DNA of 63,908 bases, counting the filler, from Phoronis australis (Eukaryota > Animalia > Phoronida), in the NCBI GenBank assembly GCA_002633005.1. It is 6 parts of 6 records of this genome, joined end to end, with 100 filler letters (N's around TTAATTAATTAA, not from the genome) between each part and the next. Parts side by side here need not be neighbours in the genome. Positions count along the whole stretch, not along the records: positions 25,196 to 48,586 come from NMRA01000154.1; positions 48,687 to 51,529 come from NMRA01003387.1; 4 more parts are not named here. One strand, given 5' to 3'. A model generated the notes under the pieces. It was not told the DNA's origin and did no database searches. It saw only the letters and a program-made list of their open reading frames with translations. Below, piece by piece: positions 39,429 through 50,261 of this stretch (position 1 is the first letter of the stretch; every line of letters begins with the position of its first letter). A program made the translations under genes and the position numbers.

Positions 39429-40769
39429 CTGTAAAACCAATTAGTTTAGCTCTTAGCTGGTTAAATAGGAAATCGACTTTTGCCTTTTACTGTCATAAAT
39501 TCTTCACTGTGATAGGGTTTCGGTTGCAAACAAGGCCACCAAAATCATCAACGACTCAAGAAAACGCTTCGGAGCTCATTAGGGCATGGCGAGTTTGAAA
39601 ATGGCGCAAGCACGCAGTTCATGTGACGTGAGTTGCCACCCAAAAACAACCTATGTTGTATCAATTTAGATCGAGTACTTCCACTCAATAACAGCAAGTT
39701 CAGTTGTTTTGCCTGACACGTGACGGCTGACGGAGGTGTAAAATTAATCAATGACGTATCGGTTCGAACGCAGTCTGTTCAGTAGCTCACAACACGTTTA
39801 CTGGTGTCAACTTATCGCTTGAATGCATCGTTTTCCACCAATAAATAACCAAATTTCGATGTAAAACCCTTACAAATACATCAATACATCGAGTTCCTGA
39901 ACAAACGTGTTCAACTTGTTTTATTTCACTGTTACGGATTTATAGGCATTTGAACGTACGGTAGCCTACAGAGTTCGGTCAAGGAGTGTAGACTCCTACA
40001 CGTAGGTTCGCCGCAAGCTCATTTATCATGGTCTCGCGGGAGTTTGGGTTTGTTAGGTGATAAATTCGAATCATTCAACCGTGAAATACAGACATGAAAA
40101 ATAGCTGTGTGTTGTACTTTTAGATTTGCGATTTTTTCAGTTCTAAATACACAAAACGCTTGTTATCCCAGCCTGAGTGCCTCGGAACCCGATCAGGCCC
40201 GTCGCGGCCGCCGGCACTGGACATCACGAACATAAACCAAGTCAACTTGGAAACTAAACCGCCAGTCACTAAAAGACTACACTAGTGAGCCAAAGAAATA
40301 ATGTGCACGTAATTATTTTAGTGAATTAGCCACGAAACTGAAAATCTACTTACTTGCCGGGGGCCGCTAAGTCAAGTTGCCCTTTACAGAACCGTCAGGG
40401 CAAAAGTTGTACACTAACAATGATGTGAATAATGTATTTGTATATCTAAATAAAGATTCCCCTAACATGTGACCATAGCATATAAAATCGAGTTATTGTT
40501 TCACAACAGCTTTCTGTCAGCAGACACTGAATTAAGCATGCGCTCACACCGCCTCGGTGCCCGGTCAATTACCTTTACTGTATCTGAAGCTGGTAATGCA
40601 GTGGTTTATTCATTGCTGGTTTCTCAAATCATTTGCACCCACAAATACCCTAAAGGCATAACAAATTGTATCTAATGATACAGACTTTCTTTCAGATTTA
40701 TATAGGCATTGGTTAGGGTGAGAATAATCCATTTTGAAACAGAACGCGGAATAATTAATAAACGTCAAC

Positions 40770-40901
40770 ATGGCAACCCCCAAACCCGACTTAGACGAGA
40801 GCTCATCCGACGAAGACTTTGCGGGTGGATCGTTAAGTTTCATAGGCTATCATTTCGAACCAGAATACAGTGATCAAGAAATACTAACAGAGGCGCCGTG
40901 A
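40770..40901 (+). mobile_element. Remnant of a Kolobok KolX / P2X7-C-terminal-like ORF start
   Basis: MATPKPDLDESSSDEDFAGGSLSFIGYHFEPEYSDQEILTEAP*: acidic N-terminus with a YxFEP motif, then a premature stop. Confidence 0.4.
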
Positions 40902-41571
40902 ACACGCACAGGCAACGGAACATGAAAGATTTGTAAACGTGATATCAAATTAACTGGCGATATTGTCAATTTGCTAATACATTTATGTTTCCAGCTTCAA
41001 TAATAAAATAATAATTGCAGGGTTATTTCCAAATTTCACCCAGTAACGCCCATAAACTCAGAAACTTTCTTTTAATTTGAAAAAAAAAATCTTGGGATTG
41101 TTGTTTGCAGTATCAATACTTGTGGGCATCTAACTTCGTTGTTTTAGGTGTGTTCTACTCCATATCAACTGTGTAAGATAATTCAATTTTGAAAGTCAAT
41201 GTTCACTAATATGTGCTCTGGGACACTGTTACCCCCTGTTCCCCCCCTTTAGCCCTTCCCCAAGTTTTAACAGAAGTTTTTTTAAGCCCCTTGTGGACTA
41301 CGGCTCACGATCTAATAAAAGCACTGGCTTAATAGCGACTAATCAATTTCCAACTGTATCAGTAAAATGCTATTAAGTAAAACACTCATACTCGTATAAG
41401 TGTATGCATGACGGATTGGATTTACAAAAAGCTTCAGAATACTTGTACTGTAAGTGTAACCAAATAACTTTTAAAATTCTCGTATAGTCTTCCAGCAGCA
41501 AAACAAAAAGAGCTGTCTTCCGGTCGCAAAACGCAAAAACTAACAATCTCGGACAAATTTGAATGGCTTCA

Positions 41572-42128
41572 TAAGAAACAATAAATAAATCTACTACTGG
41601 ACTTACGGTATGTAGAGATGGCTACGTTGCGTCCTCCTCTCGAGGACTTCATCAGGCCACTGAGTTGCTGGTTGAAACGACTTTTCAGGCCAAACAAGTC
41701 CTGAAAAGTCGTTTCAACCAACATCGGAGGTCCAGTTATGGGGACTGCTATGATTCTGCAGTTTTTACTCACATGGCTTCCACAGACCACTCTTTCGCCA
41801 TGGAAGATGTGAAGATCCTGGATAGAGAAGAAAATTGGTTTCGGAGAGGGGTCAAAGAAGCCATCTACGAGAGAATCGAGAATCCTAGCCTCAATAGACA
41901 GGGGGGCTGCGGTTTCACTTACCCAGAACATGGTATAGGGCGCTGAAGAGAATCCCGCGGAAACTGTACGACGGATCACATGACACGTCACGTGACAGCT
42001 CAGTGGCCTGATGAAGTCCTCGAGAGGAGGACGCAACGTAGCCATCTCTACATACCGTAAGTCCAGTAGCAGATTTATTTGTTGTTTCTTATACTGACCC
42101 AACTGGATGACTGAAAACATTCATCGTA
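41572..42128 (+). mobile_element. 5'-truncated Penelope-like element with inverted pseudo-LTR and 13-bp TSD
   Basis: GIY-YIG C-terminus KQVLKSRFNQHRR..SAVFTHMASTDHSF..VKILDREENWFRRGVKEAIYERIENPSLNRQGG. 96-bp inverted repeats 41572-41667 / 41996-42091. Tail CTGGATGACTGAAAACATTCATCG. TTGAATGGCTTCA at 41559-71 and 42129-41. Confidence 0.9.
42003..42045 (+). ncRNA. Minimal type-I hammerhead ribozyme-like motif (variant core); identical copy on the - strand at 41618-41660
   Basis: GUGGC-CUGAUGA-A-GUCCUC(gagag)GAGGAC-GCAA-CG-UA-GCCAU. Stem I 5 bp, stem II 6 bp, palindromic ACGU stem III. GAAA is replaced by GCAA. Confidence 0.75.
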
Positions 42129-42697
42129 TTGAATGGCTTCAGCTGGAGACATCCAACTTTCCTCAACCTTGTCAGTTACAAGTAGATCACAGTAATTCTA
42201 GAAAGGAGATGAAGCTCCGTAACCATCGTCAACATTCCAAAACTTGAACTAAGTTTCAAAATTTCTTACAAAGTATTCTAAAGCGGTTATCTGTGATTGA
42301 CGTTTTAGCCGAGATTATCTGCGGAAACAGGGGGTTTTAATACATTGTATCTTGTTAACATATTTACACGGTGAAGTCTTGTGTCTTGGTCCTCTTCCAT
42401 ACACGCCCAAACAAGCAGAACAAAACATAGTCTGAGACAAAGGGATAATTGATTTTTAAACTAATAAAACAAAATTTCCAAGATCAAGAATTCCCTTGAA
42501 AGCAAATCGTTTTTCTTGCAGGGTTTTTCTCCTTGTTCAAGACTAAATCCTTTTGAAGAAAACGGCATTCGTTTGAATCTGGTTTCAAATCTCCCTCCAG
42601 AAACCGACAACATCGCCGTTACCCACTCTAAACACTACAAATTTGCCGATACTCATGCTCTGAATACCTACTCTTTGAAACTGGATGCACTCTTTAC

Positions 42698-42878
42698 CTG
42701 AACTTCTTGATCAAATTGTACTCATCACCATGATTGACGAAGACCAAATGACTACTGCGGCCATTACAAAATTTCTTCGCGTCTTCGTAGTTCGCTCTTC
42801 GGCGACTCATAAAGTAACAGTTGCTTTGCCAGTTTTCATTTTTCCGGGACTCCCACCATCTCTCAGGGCAACGGGGCG
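42698..42878 (-). CDS. CTL/TSP1/PAN/SEA protein, second C-type lectin domain (5' half)
   Basis: tttgaAG...GTAAAG, phase 1-2. PRCPERWWES..NWQSNCYFMSRRRANYEDAKKFCNGRSSHLVFVNHGDEYNLIKKF. Confidence 0.85.
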
Positions 42879-43571
42879 CTTCAAACAAAAACAAAATTAT
42901 TAATTTCTATCTAACTACTACTACCAATGACATATAGTAACAGCAATTTTGGTATTGTAATACAGCTATGTAACACGCATACCTTTAAAAGACCGTTCAT
43001 ATGGACTCCCAGTCATTTTGTTTGCTCTGTAAAACAAACAAAATGTCGACGATTTTTGTTGACGCTTTTATGTATTCGACCAAAAATGCAAGCAATTTTT
43101 TTCAATTGAATTACTGTTTCAGTTTGCCAAGGAAAACTCGCTCCAGTCAAACAACACTGCAAAAACAACGAGCAACGAAAAGCATTGCCTTAGGTGCCCA
43201 CGAATGCTTCGCAACTATGTTTCGTGGGTTGTTTATTAGTGTCACGTGACACAAGCTTCATCAAAATTTTCCTCACATTTCAAATGATGATAACTGGGTT
43301 GTTTAGTGACTTCCAAGTACATTTTGTGTTTGTAAGTAATACCTTGACGAAAACTAAAACTGCAAACAGGCCGAGAGTACCTCAATAGTCGACTTCCTCC
43401 AAACTTCGCCAAGCGCTGGAGCATGGCCACCACATACATGTACACCTTCCTTACACAAAATTGTGACTGCGGGACAGTTCACTAACTGGCAAACAAAAGA
43501 ACATCAAGCACGTTTTATAATCTGCGTTGATACCGTTGATAGAAAAATTAGTATACAAAGGAAATACTTGC

Positions 43572-43835
43572 CAGTGACACATGCGAATTCGATATGAGTC
43601 GTGAGAGGACTGTGTCTTACTTCTGCCGAAGCCCACCATGCTCTCTGTAAATAGCAGGTGGACGATTCTTGGTTGAAATCAACAGATCTACAATCTGTGT
43701 TTTTGAAACATTCTGCCAAACAGTCATATTCTGAGGCGATTCCGTGTTTTGTGCCAACAATGACGCCCGAGATGTTTCGCTTTTCCAGTGAGAATACCTG
43801 TAGTTGACGGCCGTCCGCCAACGAGCAGCGTTCGT
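43572..43835 (-). CDS. CTL/TSP1/PAN/SEA protein, PAN/Apple exon
   Basis: tttcAG acceptor. SEYDCLAECFKNTDCRSVDFNQESSTCYL (CxxxCxxxxxCRSxxF..CxL). The donor appears to be G|GCAAGT. Confidence 0.8.
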
Positions 43836-44774
43836 CTGAAATCCACGTAAACAATGATAGTTGATATATAACCCTATTGTTCCAACGTTTTGGGTATCCC
43901 ACATGCTCATACTACAAAAAACACAAATCATCTGATTTCACAATGATACACCTAAAGTAGGGACTTGGCCACCTCTGGGTTGTCTAAAGGACGTCAAAAT
44001 GTCGCTAGAACTCGCTTCAGTTTGAACCTCAAGCCGCTAGCATGACAAACGAATAACCGAACCACACCCAGTTAAATGTAACTTTGTCACCAGATGTCGT
44101 GCTTATAAATAATGTAGAGTATCTACTTGTTTAGTGAAATGGTGGACGTTTATATTTCACCGATTATTTCAGTGATGTGACACGATTTTATCGACGGGGT
44201 TTACATGTACCTCATGCGCTACAAAGCAATAGAAAAACATCGTTTGTCTAGTGATTAGGTCTGCAGAACACCCCCCCCCTAGATCTGCCACTGTGCCAGT
44301 TCTAAATCCAACACTTGTGTTTTGCTACTTGGAAAGTACTCATAAATCTATTAGTAAGAAAAAAAACTTGTCTCCAGTGAACAATTATTCATTTAAAAAA
44401 GTGATGTCCACCATTCGAGTTAGCCTTCAGCTAATCTAAATTACTTTTTGCTATCTTCGTTTTAAGAAAAAGCAATACGCTTTAGTCTTGAAGCTAGATA
44501 AAATGTTTTCAATGATCAATGGTGCAAGTCCTTTAGCTTTACCTCGCCTTGTGTTTCTTTTTACCGTATGAAGAATGTCCCAATAATAATGGGTTTAATT
44601 CTGAATTATCTTAAATGCAGTAACCCACGGGTAAATTCCAGCATAGCCCCTTAGTTCACAAAAACACAAAATATACATAAATAGCACTATTAGCAGCAAT
44701 GAGCAATGCTTTATATACCTGAAGCATTTTAATACAGCCAGGATGTGAGTTATGAAGCAAGAGACAATACTCAA

Positions 44775-45022
44775 CATGCGCGCACCCAGCCTTTATTATG
44801 GGGGGGCTCGAATCTCTGACAAAGTGGACTTTTTGCTAACAAAAAAGCGGGAGGACTAAAAAAAAAACGGGGTACCACCTTCAGGTCTGTGAACTATGCC
44901 TCTGCGCCTTTTTAGTGGATTTTGTGTCGTTTTCGCGGACTTTTTGTTTCTCTGAGGCGGACCTTTTTACCCTCTTCGTCAAATCAAGCCCCCAGAGCCC
45001 CCCCCCCCCAGGTGCGCGCGTG
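44775..45022. mobile_element. Short MITE (TIR CATGCGCGCACC / GGTGCGCGCGTG)
   Basis: Terminal inverted repeat, and homology to the copies at 14850 and 32362. Confidence 0.65.
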
Positions 45023-45576
45023 ATCAATAGTCTAGAACTGTTGTCTACTCAGACTCACGCTCTTTAGAATGAGAGACCACTACGTCACACTCACGGCTGG
45101 TAAGGCTACAGTTCACTAAGTACACTATATGCCTGGACACCACGAGTATGTATCCCGTGGGATGTCAAGTTACACTATATCTCATAAACTGGAAAGTACT
45201 CAAATGCTTGTTGTATCTCAATAAAGAACTTGTTTTACTACCTGGAAATACTCAAAGGCCTACATGTATTTCATTTTAGGAAAGGCGTATGTAGGGCCTA
45301 GTAGTACTAGAGGAGTATCCAAATGTCTACTGTATCTTAGTAAAGGCATAATTTTGCTTTACTACCGACATGTAAAAAGGGCTCCAAGGTCAATTGTATT
45401 TTAGCAAACCACTTGTTTTACAACCAGAAAAGCACAGAAAGGTTCATAGTATATCAGTGGATAACATATTTTACTTCCTGGGAAATACTCAAACGTCTAT
45501 TGTATCTTAGTAAAGGCACGTGTTTTGCTAGTAAGTACTCAAACGTGTATCTTAGTAAATCCGCATGTTTTAATAC

Positions 45577-45783
45577 CTGGAAAATATTCAAATCGTATAG
45601 GCCCTGGACAGTAGCAGTAATCCGTCTCGGTCTCAGAGCCCGTCGGCTCGCAATAACCCCCATTGGCTGGCGGTGGATTGTTGCATAATTTGCTGCGAGT
45701 GCGGTTCTCACATGTGGAACAGGCGGGCTTGTCCCACTCGCCGAAATTCTCCGACCAGCCGCCCATGATGACACGTGCATCAA
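45577..45783 (-). CDS. CTL/TSP1/PAN/SEA protein, first TSP1 exon (3' boundary uncertain)
   Basis: cactcAG acceptor, phase 1. GGWSENFGEWDKPACSTCENRTRSKLCNNPPPANGGYCEPTGSETETDYCYCP. The first phase-1 GT is at 45576. Confidence 0.75.
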
Positions 45784-46319
45784 CTGAGTGAAACGAGACA
45801 AAATATGCATACAGCAGTTACATGTATTTGACGGAAATGAAGAGAAGTGACAACGCCCCCTGTATTGACTAGACTCAACAAAACAATCCTAGTTTTAATT
45901 GCTTAAATAGTTAAAAAAGCATTGGAACGAGGAAAGTTAAACAGAAGAACAGGGCGGGTAACGAAGGAAGGGTCAAATTAACGGTAACAGTATAAGAAGC
46001 AATTCACAGGGGTTTCATACTGCTGGCAACAGTAGAAGTATCGTTAACACTAAAAGTATGAGTTCGCGCAGGACCAGACCCCCAGGAAAAGCTAAAATAT
46101 CGGTAACACCAGTAACAATTCACTGGGGGGCATAGTGCTAGCAACAGCCGAACTATTGGTAACACTATAAGGGCTCACTGAGGACCATACCGTTACCAAA
46201 AACCAAATAAAAGGTACTTTGAGGCCTACATGTGCACGTGCGTGTACTGTAGCAGTACTGGGAAGAATAACGGGAAGAGTAGAAGAAAAGGAGGAATGTC
46301 AATAAGGATTATATTTGTA

Positions 46320-46780
46320 GTAGTTTTAGTCACAGCTGTAGCGGTGCTGATGTTGATAGTGGTAGTGGTATAGGCGATCATGTTGGTGACCATGCTGGTG
46401 GTAGTAGTGGCGGTAGTGAAGGTGATGATGGTGATAATAAAGATAGTGGTAGGGGATGTGATGCTGGGGATGGTGGTTGTAGTGGTGGAGCAGTAGATGT
46501 CGTAGTTCTAGTAAGGATGGTGGTGGTGGTGGTGGTGGTAGAGGTAGTGTTGGTGCTGGTGACGTTGGTGTTAATGGTATTGGTGATTGTTGTAATGGTG
46601 ATTATAGGTGTGTTTTTTTTCGATAACGGTGGTGATGATGATGGTGGTAGTAGAGATAATGGTGATGGTGATGATGATGGTAGTAGAGACAATGGTGATG
46701 GTGATGGCGATGGCAATGGTGATGGTCGTAATCATGGTGACAATGGTAACAGAAGCGAAAATCGTAATGGTAGCAGCAGT
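46320..46780. repeat. Degenerate (GGT/GAT)n trinucleotide low-complexity tract, intronic
   Basis: Read directly from the sequence. It generates poly-V/T/H ORFs in several frames. Confidence 0.9.
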
Positions 46781-46834
46781 TGAAGGAAGACACGTTTAGG
46801 TCTAGACTAAACTAGTGTACATCTCCCTACAAAC

Positions 46835-47067
46835 CTTCCATTTCGCACAGTATATTCATTTCTTCGCTACAGTCAACGATACTCCACCTACACTTGTACA
46901 CACAAGTCATCGCCATGCACGAATTTGTAATGTTCAGAACACTGTGTCCGTAGATCTGTTTTGTCAAGTGGCTTGGCGTTAGGGTAGTTCCGTTTGTATA
47001 GGTCCACTCTTCGGTCACATTGTCGTAAGTTAGACCAATCCAGAACGCACGTAAATCCTCCATTTTC
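46835..47067 (-). CDS. CTL/TSP1/PAN/SEA protein, first C-type lectin domain (3' half)
   Basis: ttttAG...GTTTGT, phase 2-1. AFWIGLTYDNVTEEWTYTNGT...SCMAM..RWSIVDCSEEMNILCE (WIGL motif). Confidence 0.88.
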
Positions 47068-47304
47068 CTAAAAACACGGTTTAAACGATTCTTGAGGAAA
47101 GTATAATAAAATTTGTGGTTACTTCCTACAACAGTGTTGTGAGGTTATACATTTCTATGTATTAAAAGTGAACTAGACAGTGATTAAGACAAAAAAGTGT
47201 ATTCACGATGTATAGGTGGGTGAGCGAAAGTGTGGATGGAAGTCAAGACGGGTGCCTGGACGGATGTATATTGGAATGGATAGGTGGGGGGTTAGGGGGT
47301 TAAG

Positions 47305-47390
47305 GAATGGATGGGAGGATACATGTAGATGTGTGGATGGATGGATGGATGGATGGATGGATGGGTAAGGAGACATAGATGATGGATATT
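47305..47390. repeat. (GGAT)n microsatellite
   Basis: Read directly from the sequence. Confidence 0.85.
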
Positions 47391-47459
47391 TAAACTCACT
47401 GATGACAGAGAAAATTAAGCAGCTAATATACAAGTATGTGAAATTAAACTCATACTAAC

Positions 47460-47628
47460 GTATCCAGGAATGCCTTTAATTCTTCGCGCCTTTGATCCGA
47501 GTCAATGTAAACCAGATGTGCGCCTCTTGTTGAGCAGAACGTGACCGCATTTGTGTACGTGGCTTTCATTTCGGTCCAGAAGTAGCATCTCGTGGAGGCC
47601 TTGTGCCAGCCAGGAGGACATACAAGAC
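47460..47628 (-). CDS. CTL/TSP1/PAN/SEA protein, first C-type lectin domain (5' half); upstream exons not in this contig
   Basis: gcacAG...GTTAGT, phase 1-2. VCPPGWHKASTRCYFWTEMKATYTNAVTFCSTRGAHLVYIDSDQRREELKAFL. Confidence 0.88.
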
Positions 47629-48008
47629 CTGTGCATTAAATTACGGGTGTTCGTATAGTGACTATAAATTCAAAGTCGTTTGCAAAGAAAAAATCCAACA
47701 CTCGTAAACTTCAAAATATAAAAGGTTCAGTGAATAAAACTGTCGCGGAAACTTATTATGCATCTGATCTTTTTGGTCCTGGTACTCTCGTTTAAAATGA
47801 ATATAGAAACCCTACGTCTCAGTCGTAATAATAAATTACTGTCGGCAGTTTTAAAAGGTGGCGCTGTTTATGCGGATTTAAATGTTGGATGAGCGCCATT
47901 TTGAACTGACCACGCTAAGAATTGTACGATAACACTTGGCTTGCCCTAAAATCCATCTCTGTCTGGCGGTTCGGTAATTGGCCCAACTGTGCTGCACATC
48001 CAATAGAA

Positions 48009-48586
48009 TTAAGGATATTTCCAACCTTATTCACAAAAATTGGCCATTTTTACAAAATTTCAGTTGTGACTAGCAAAATACCTTATCTTCATTCTCGGGG
48101 AACTTCAAATACGAAATATATACTGCGTAGCGAGAAAAAAAAGATTTAGCAGAACCACCCTGGAACCGCACAACCGCGTGGATATTTGTTTACCAAGGTC
48201 AAAGGTTAAAGGGTTTTCAAGTAAATCGCCAGGTACAGGACAGCTTCGGTATACCCTCAGTCCTTTTCATTCACAAATTGGTCATACCATTGAACCAACG
48301 AGGTGTGGTTATGATAGAATGGTCCCGGTGAAAACGAAGACAAAACGTAGTTTTGATCCTAAGGGAGTTGTGCGTCTACATGCATGCGACCGTTGACGTT
48401 GAAAACGAATGCTACGAGTTGCCTCAGGCCTCAGTCTGGTCATGAACACAGAAAGTTGTGAAAAGAGATAAATCCTCCCCCTTATTCCTTAATTCAATTA
48501 TTAAGTTAACATTTCGATGTTTCGATTTCATGTTAACGACTTACTTTAACCACCAATTCAATTTTTGTTATCCATTTCTTACTTGG
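48009..48586 (+). mobile_element. Second copy of the TTAA|GG repeat at 19720, truncated by the contig end
   Basis: Colinear similarity with 19720-20318. Confidence 0.7.
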
Positions 48587-49458
48587 NNNNNNNNNNNNNN
48601 NNNNNNNNNNNNNNNNNNNNNNNNNNNNNNTTAATTAATTAANNNNNNNNNNNNNNNNNNNNNNNNNNNNNNNNNNNNNNNNNNNNTCATCAAACTACTC
48701 ATTTCCCAGTGACAACAACTGCTCAATCATCTATCATACTCTGTTGGCTGCGATGCTGTTTGTTTCATTTGCTACCTTCTCCATTGCTAATTCCTCTTAT
48801 GGTAATTCTCGGTTATTAACAGTTGACTCAAATGTCTCTTGTACTGTTGTTTACTGGCGTGCTGTGTAATGGCAAAGTGGTTGAGACGATTATAGATTTA
48901 ACTGTAGTTTCCTACATTTTAGGTTCATCTCTGCCAGGCTTTACAAAATCCTTGTGCTCATATACTGTGAAGTCTGTGATATCTATTTTTTTCATTTGCG
49001 CAGAATTTTTCAAAATATTTAAGGTGAGCAAAACTATCTAAAGGTTATTGCCGAGGGGTCAAAGGATGGGGGGAATTTTAGAGTAAGCCAAGGGGTGTGT
49101 TTATCTGAGTAGACAGGCCAACCTTTGCGAGCTTACGGAGCTGCAGTTCCAACCAGTACTATAGAAAAGTACCTCGCATTGTGCGTATTACCTGAAGGAA
49201 TGAGTAGCGGAAGAATAAATACCCGAGTAGATTGCATAAAACTATATTTATCCGCTGGATAACTTTTTGTTAGTTGTATGGAGTTAACATATTTATGTCA
49301 GCAGTTTACACTGTGTTTGTTTATATATTTGTTTAGGGTCATTGGTATCTAGTTAGAGATTTCGGGTAATAGGGTCCAGGTTATTGCATTAAAAGTATTA
49401 GTTTGATTTGTAAAGTGGTTCGTGCATATCTCGTCAAGCATATTCTTTGTCTTTTCAG

Positions 49459-49521
49459 GACCCGTCGGATACACCTGCAAGGATTAGGGTGGAAACAAAA
49501 GATGAAAAGCAAGAACGAAAG
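49459..49521 (+). CDS. SNRNP70: U1 snRNP 70 kDa protein, internal 63-nt exon
   Basis: cttttcAG...GTAAGA. DPSDTPARIRVETKDEKQERK aligns to U1-70K DP.D.PP....ET.EER.ERK. It is below the ORF-track cutoff. Confidence 0.85.
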
Positions 49522-50206
49522 GTAAGAAGGGCTCTTTAATTTTTTTGTTACCTGCAGTAAAAATTCTGCAGTTTGGGACAGTCTCTAACATTTGGCACAT
49601 GGATATTCAAGCAGAAAGTGAACTTTCTTGTTTCTGAGGATTGAGACAAGGTCGATTTTGGCGCACATAATTTTTCTCAGATTTCGGACACAGGATTTGT
49701 GTATCAACAATGTCAGAAAATTGATGTGACAGTTCATAAAACCATCAAAAATAGCTGCCAATGCATAGTTTTCACATGTCCCCGTGGCGTGTAACATCGA
49801 GGAGAATTCTGGAATTTGGATCGGTCGGTATTGCTTATTTCTAAAATTGAGTACCGTTCTGAACTTGCAAAATAATTTGTTTTTCACTGTCTCAACCTAG
49901 ATCATCCTGATTTAGTTTAAATACCTTTTTGTCTTCAGTAGATGAAGGAAGGTTCGTGATTTAAAAAAATATTGGTCTGCTGTTTATTACTGATTTTTAG
50001 AAGATTAACTGTGTGCATGTATGATCTTGGTGAGTTCCTGAATATCAGGAAGTTAAAAAATTAAATTCTGTTGATTTTGATGACAGCGCAAAAGTGTTGT
50101 AAAAAGTGTTTGCATTCTACACGTTTTGGACGCATTTTGTTTTCGGTCGAGTTCATAATGTGATGTTCTTGGATGCCTATAATGCGTGCTATTTTGTCTC
50201 AAACAG

Positions 50207-50261
50207 CAAAGAGAGAGGGCAGAACAGGTGGCCTACAAGCTGGAACAGGACTTGGCCATGT
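50207..50261 (+). CDS. SNRNP70: U1 snRNP 70 kDa protein, internal 55-nt exon
   Basis: caaacAG...GTAAGT. QRERAEQVAYKLEQDLAM(W) matches invertebrate U1-70K REKAEQVAYKLE.EIALW. In frame with the previous exon. Confidence 0.88.

Noticed and set aside
41941-41970. Second hammerhead-like string CTGAAGA...GAAAC
   Set aside because: There is no stem II pairing, and it lies in the end of the Penelope coding sequence.
43960-44070. tRNA gene on the minus strand (GGTTCAAAC B-box-like)
   Set aside because: No cloverleaf could be formed. At most it is a decayed tRNA-derived SINE head.
46378-46799. Thr/Pro-rich mucin-like or His-rich ORFs
   Set aside because: They are by-products of a GGT/GAT low-complexity tract. 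No convincing splice sites, and the flanking exons join in phase without it.
48823-49041. ORF beginning (L/M)TQ as the SNRNP70 first coding exon
   Set aside because: It starts at TTG and lacks the conserved FLPPNLLALFAPR sequence, so the resemblance is coincidental.
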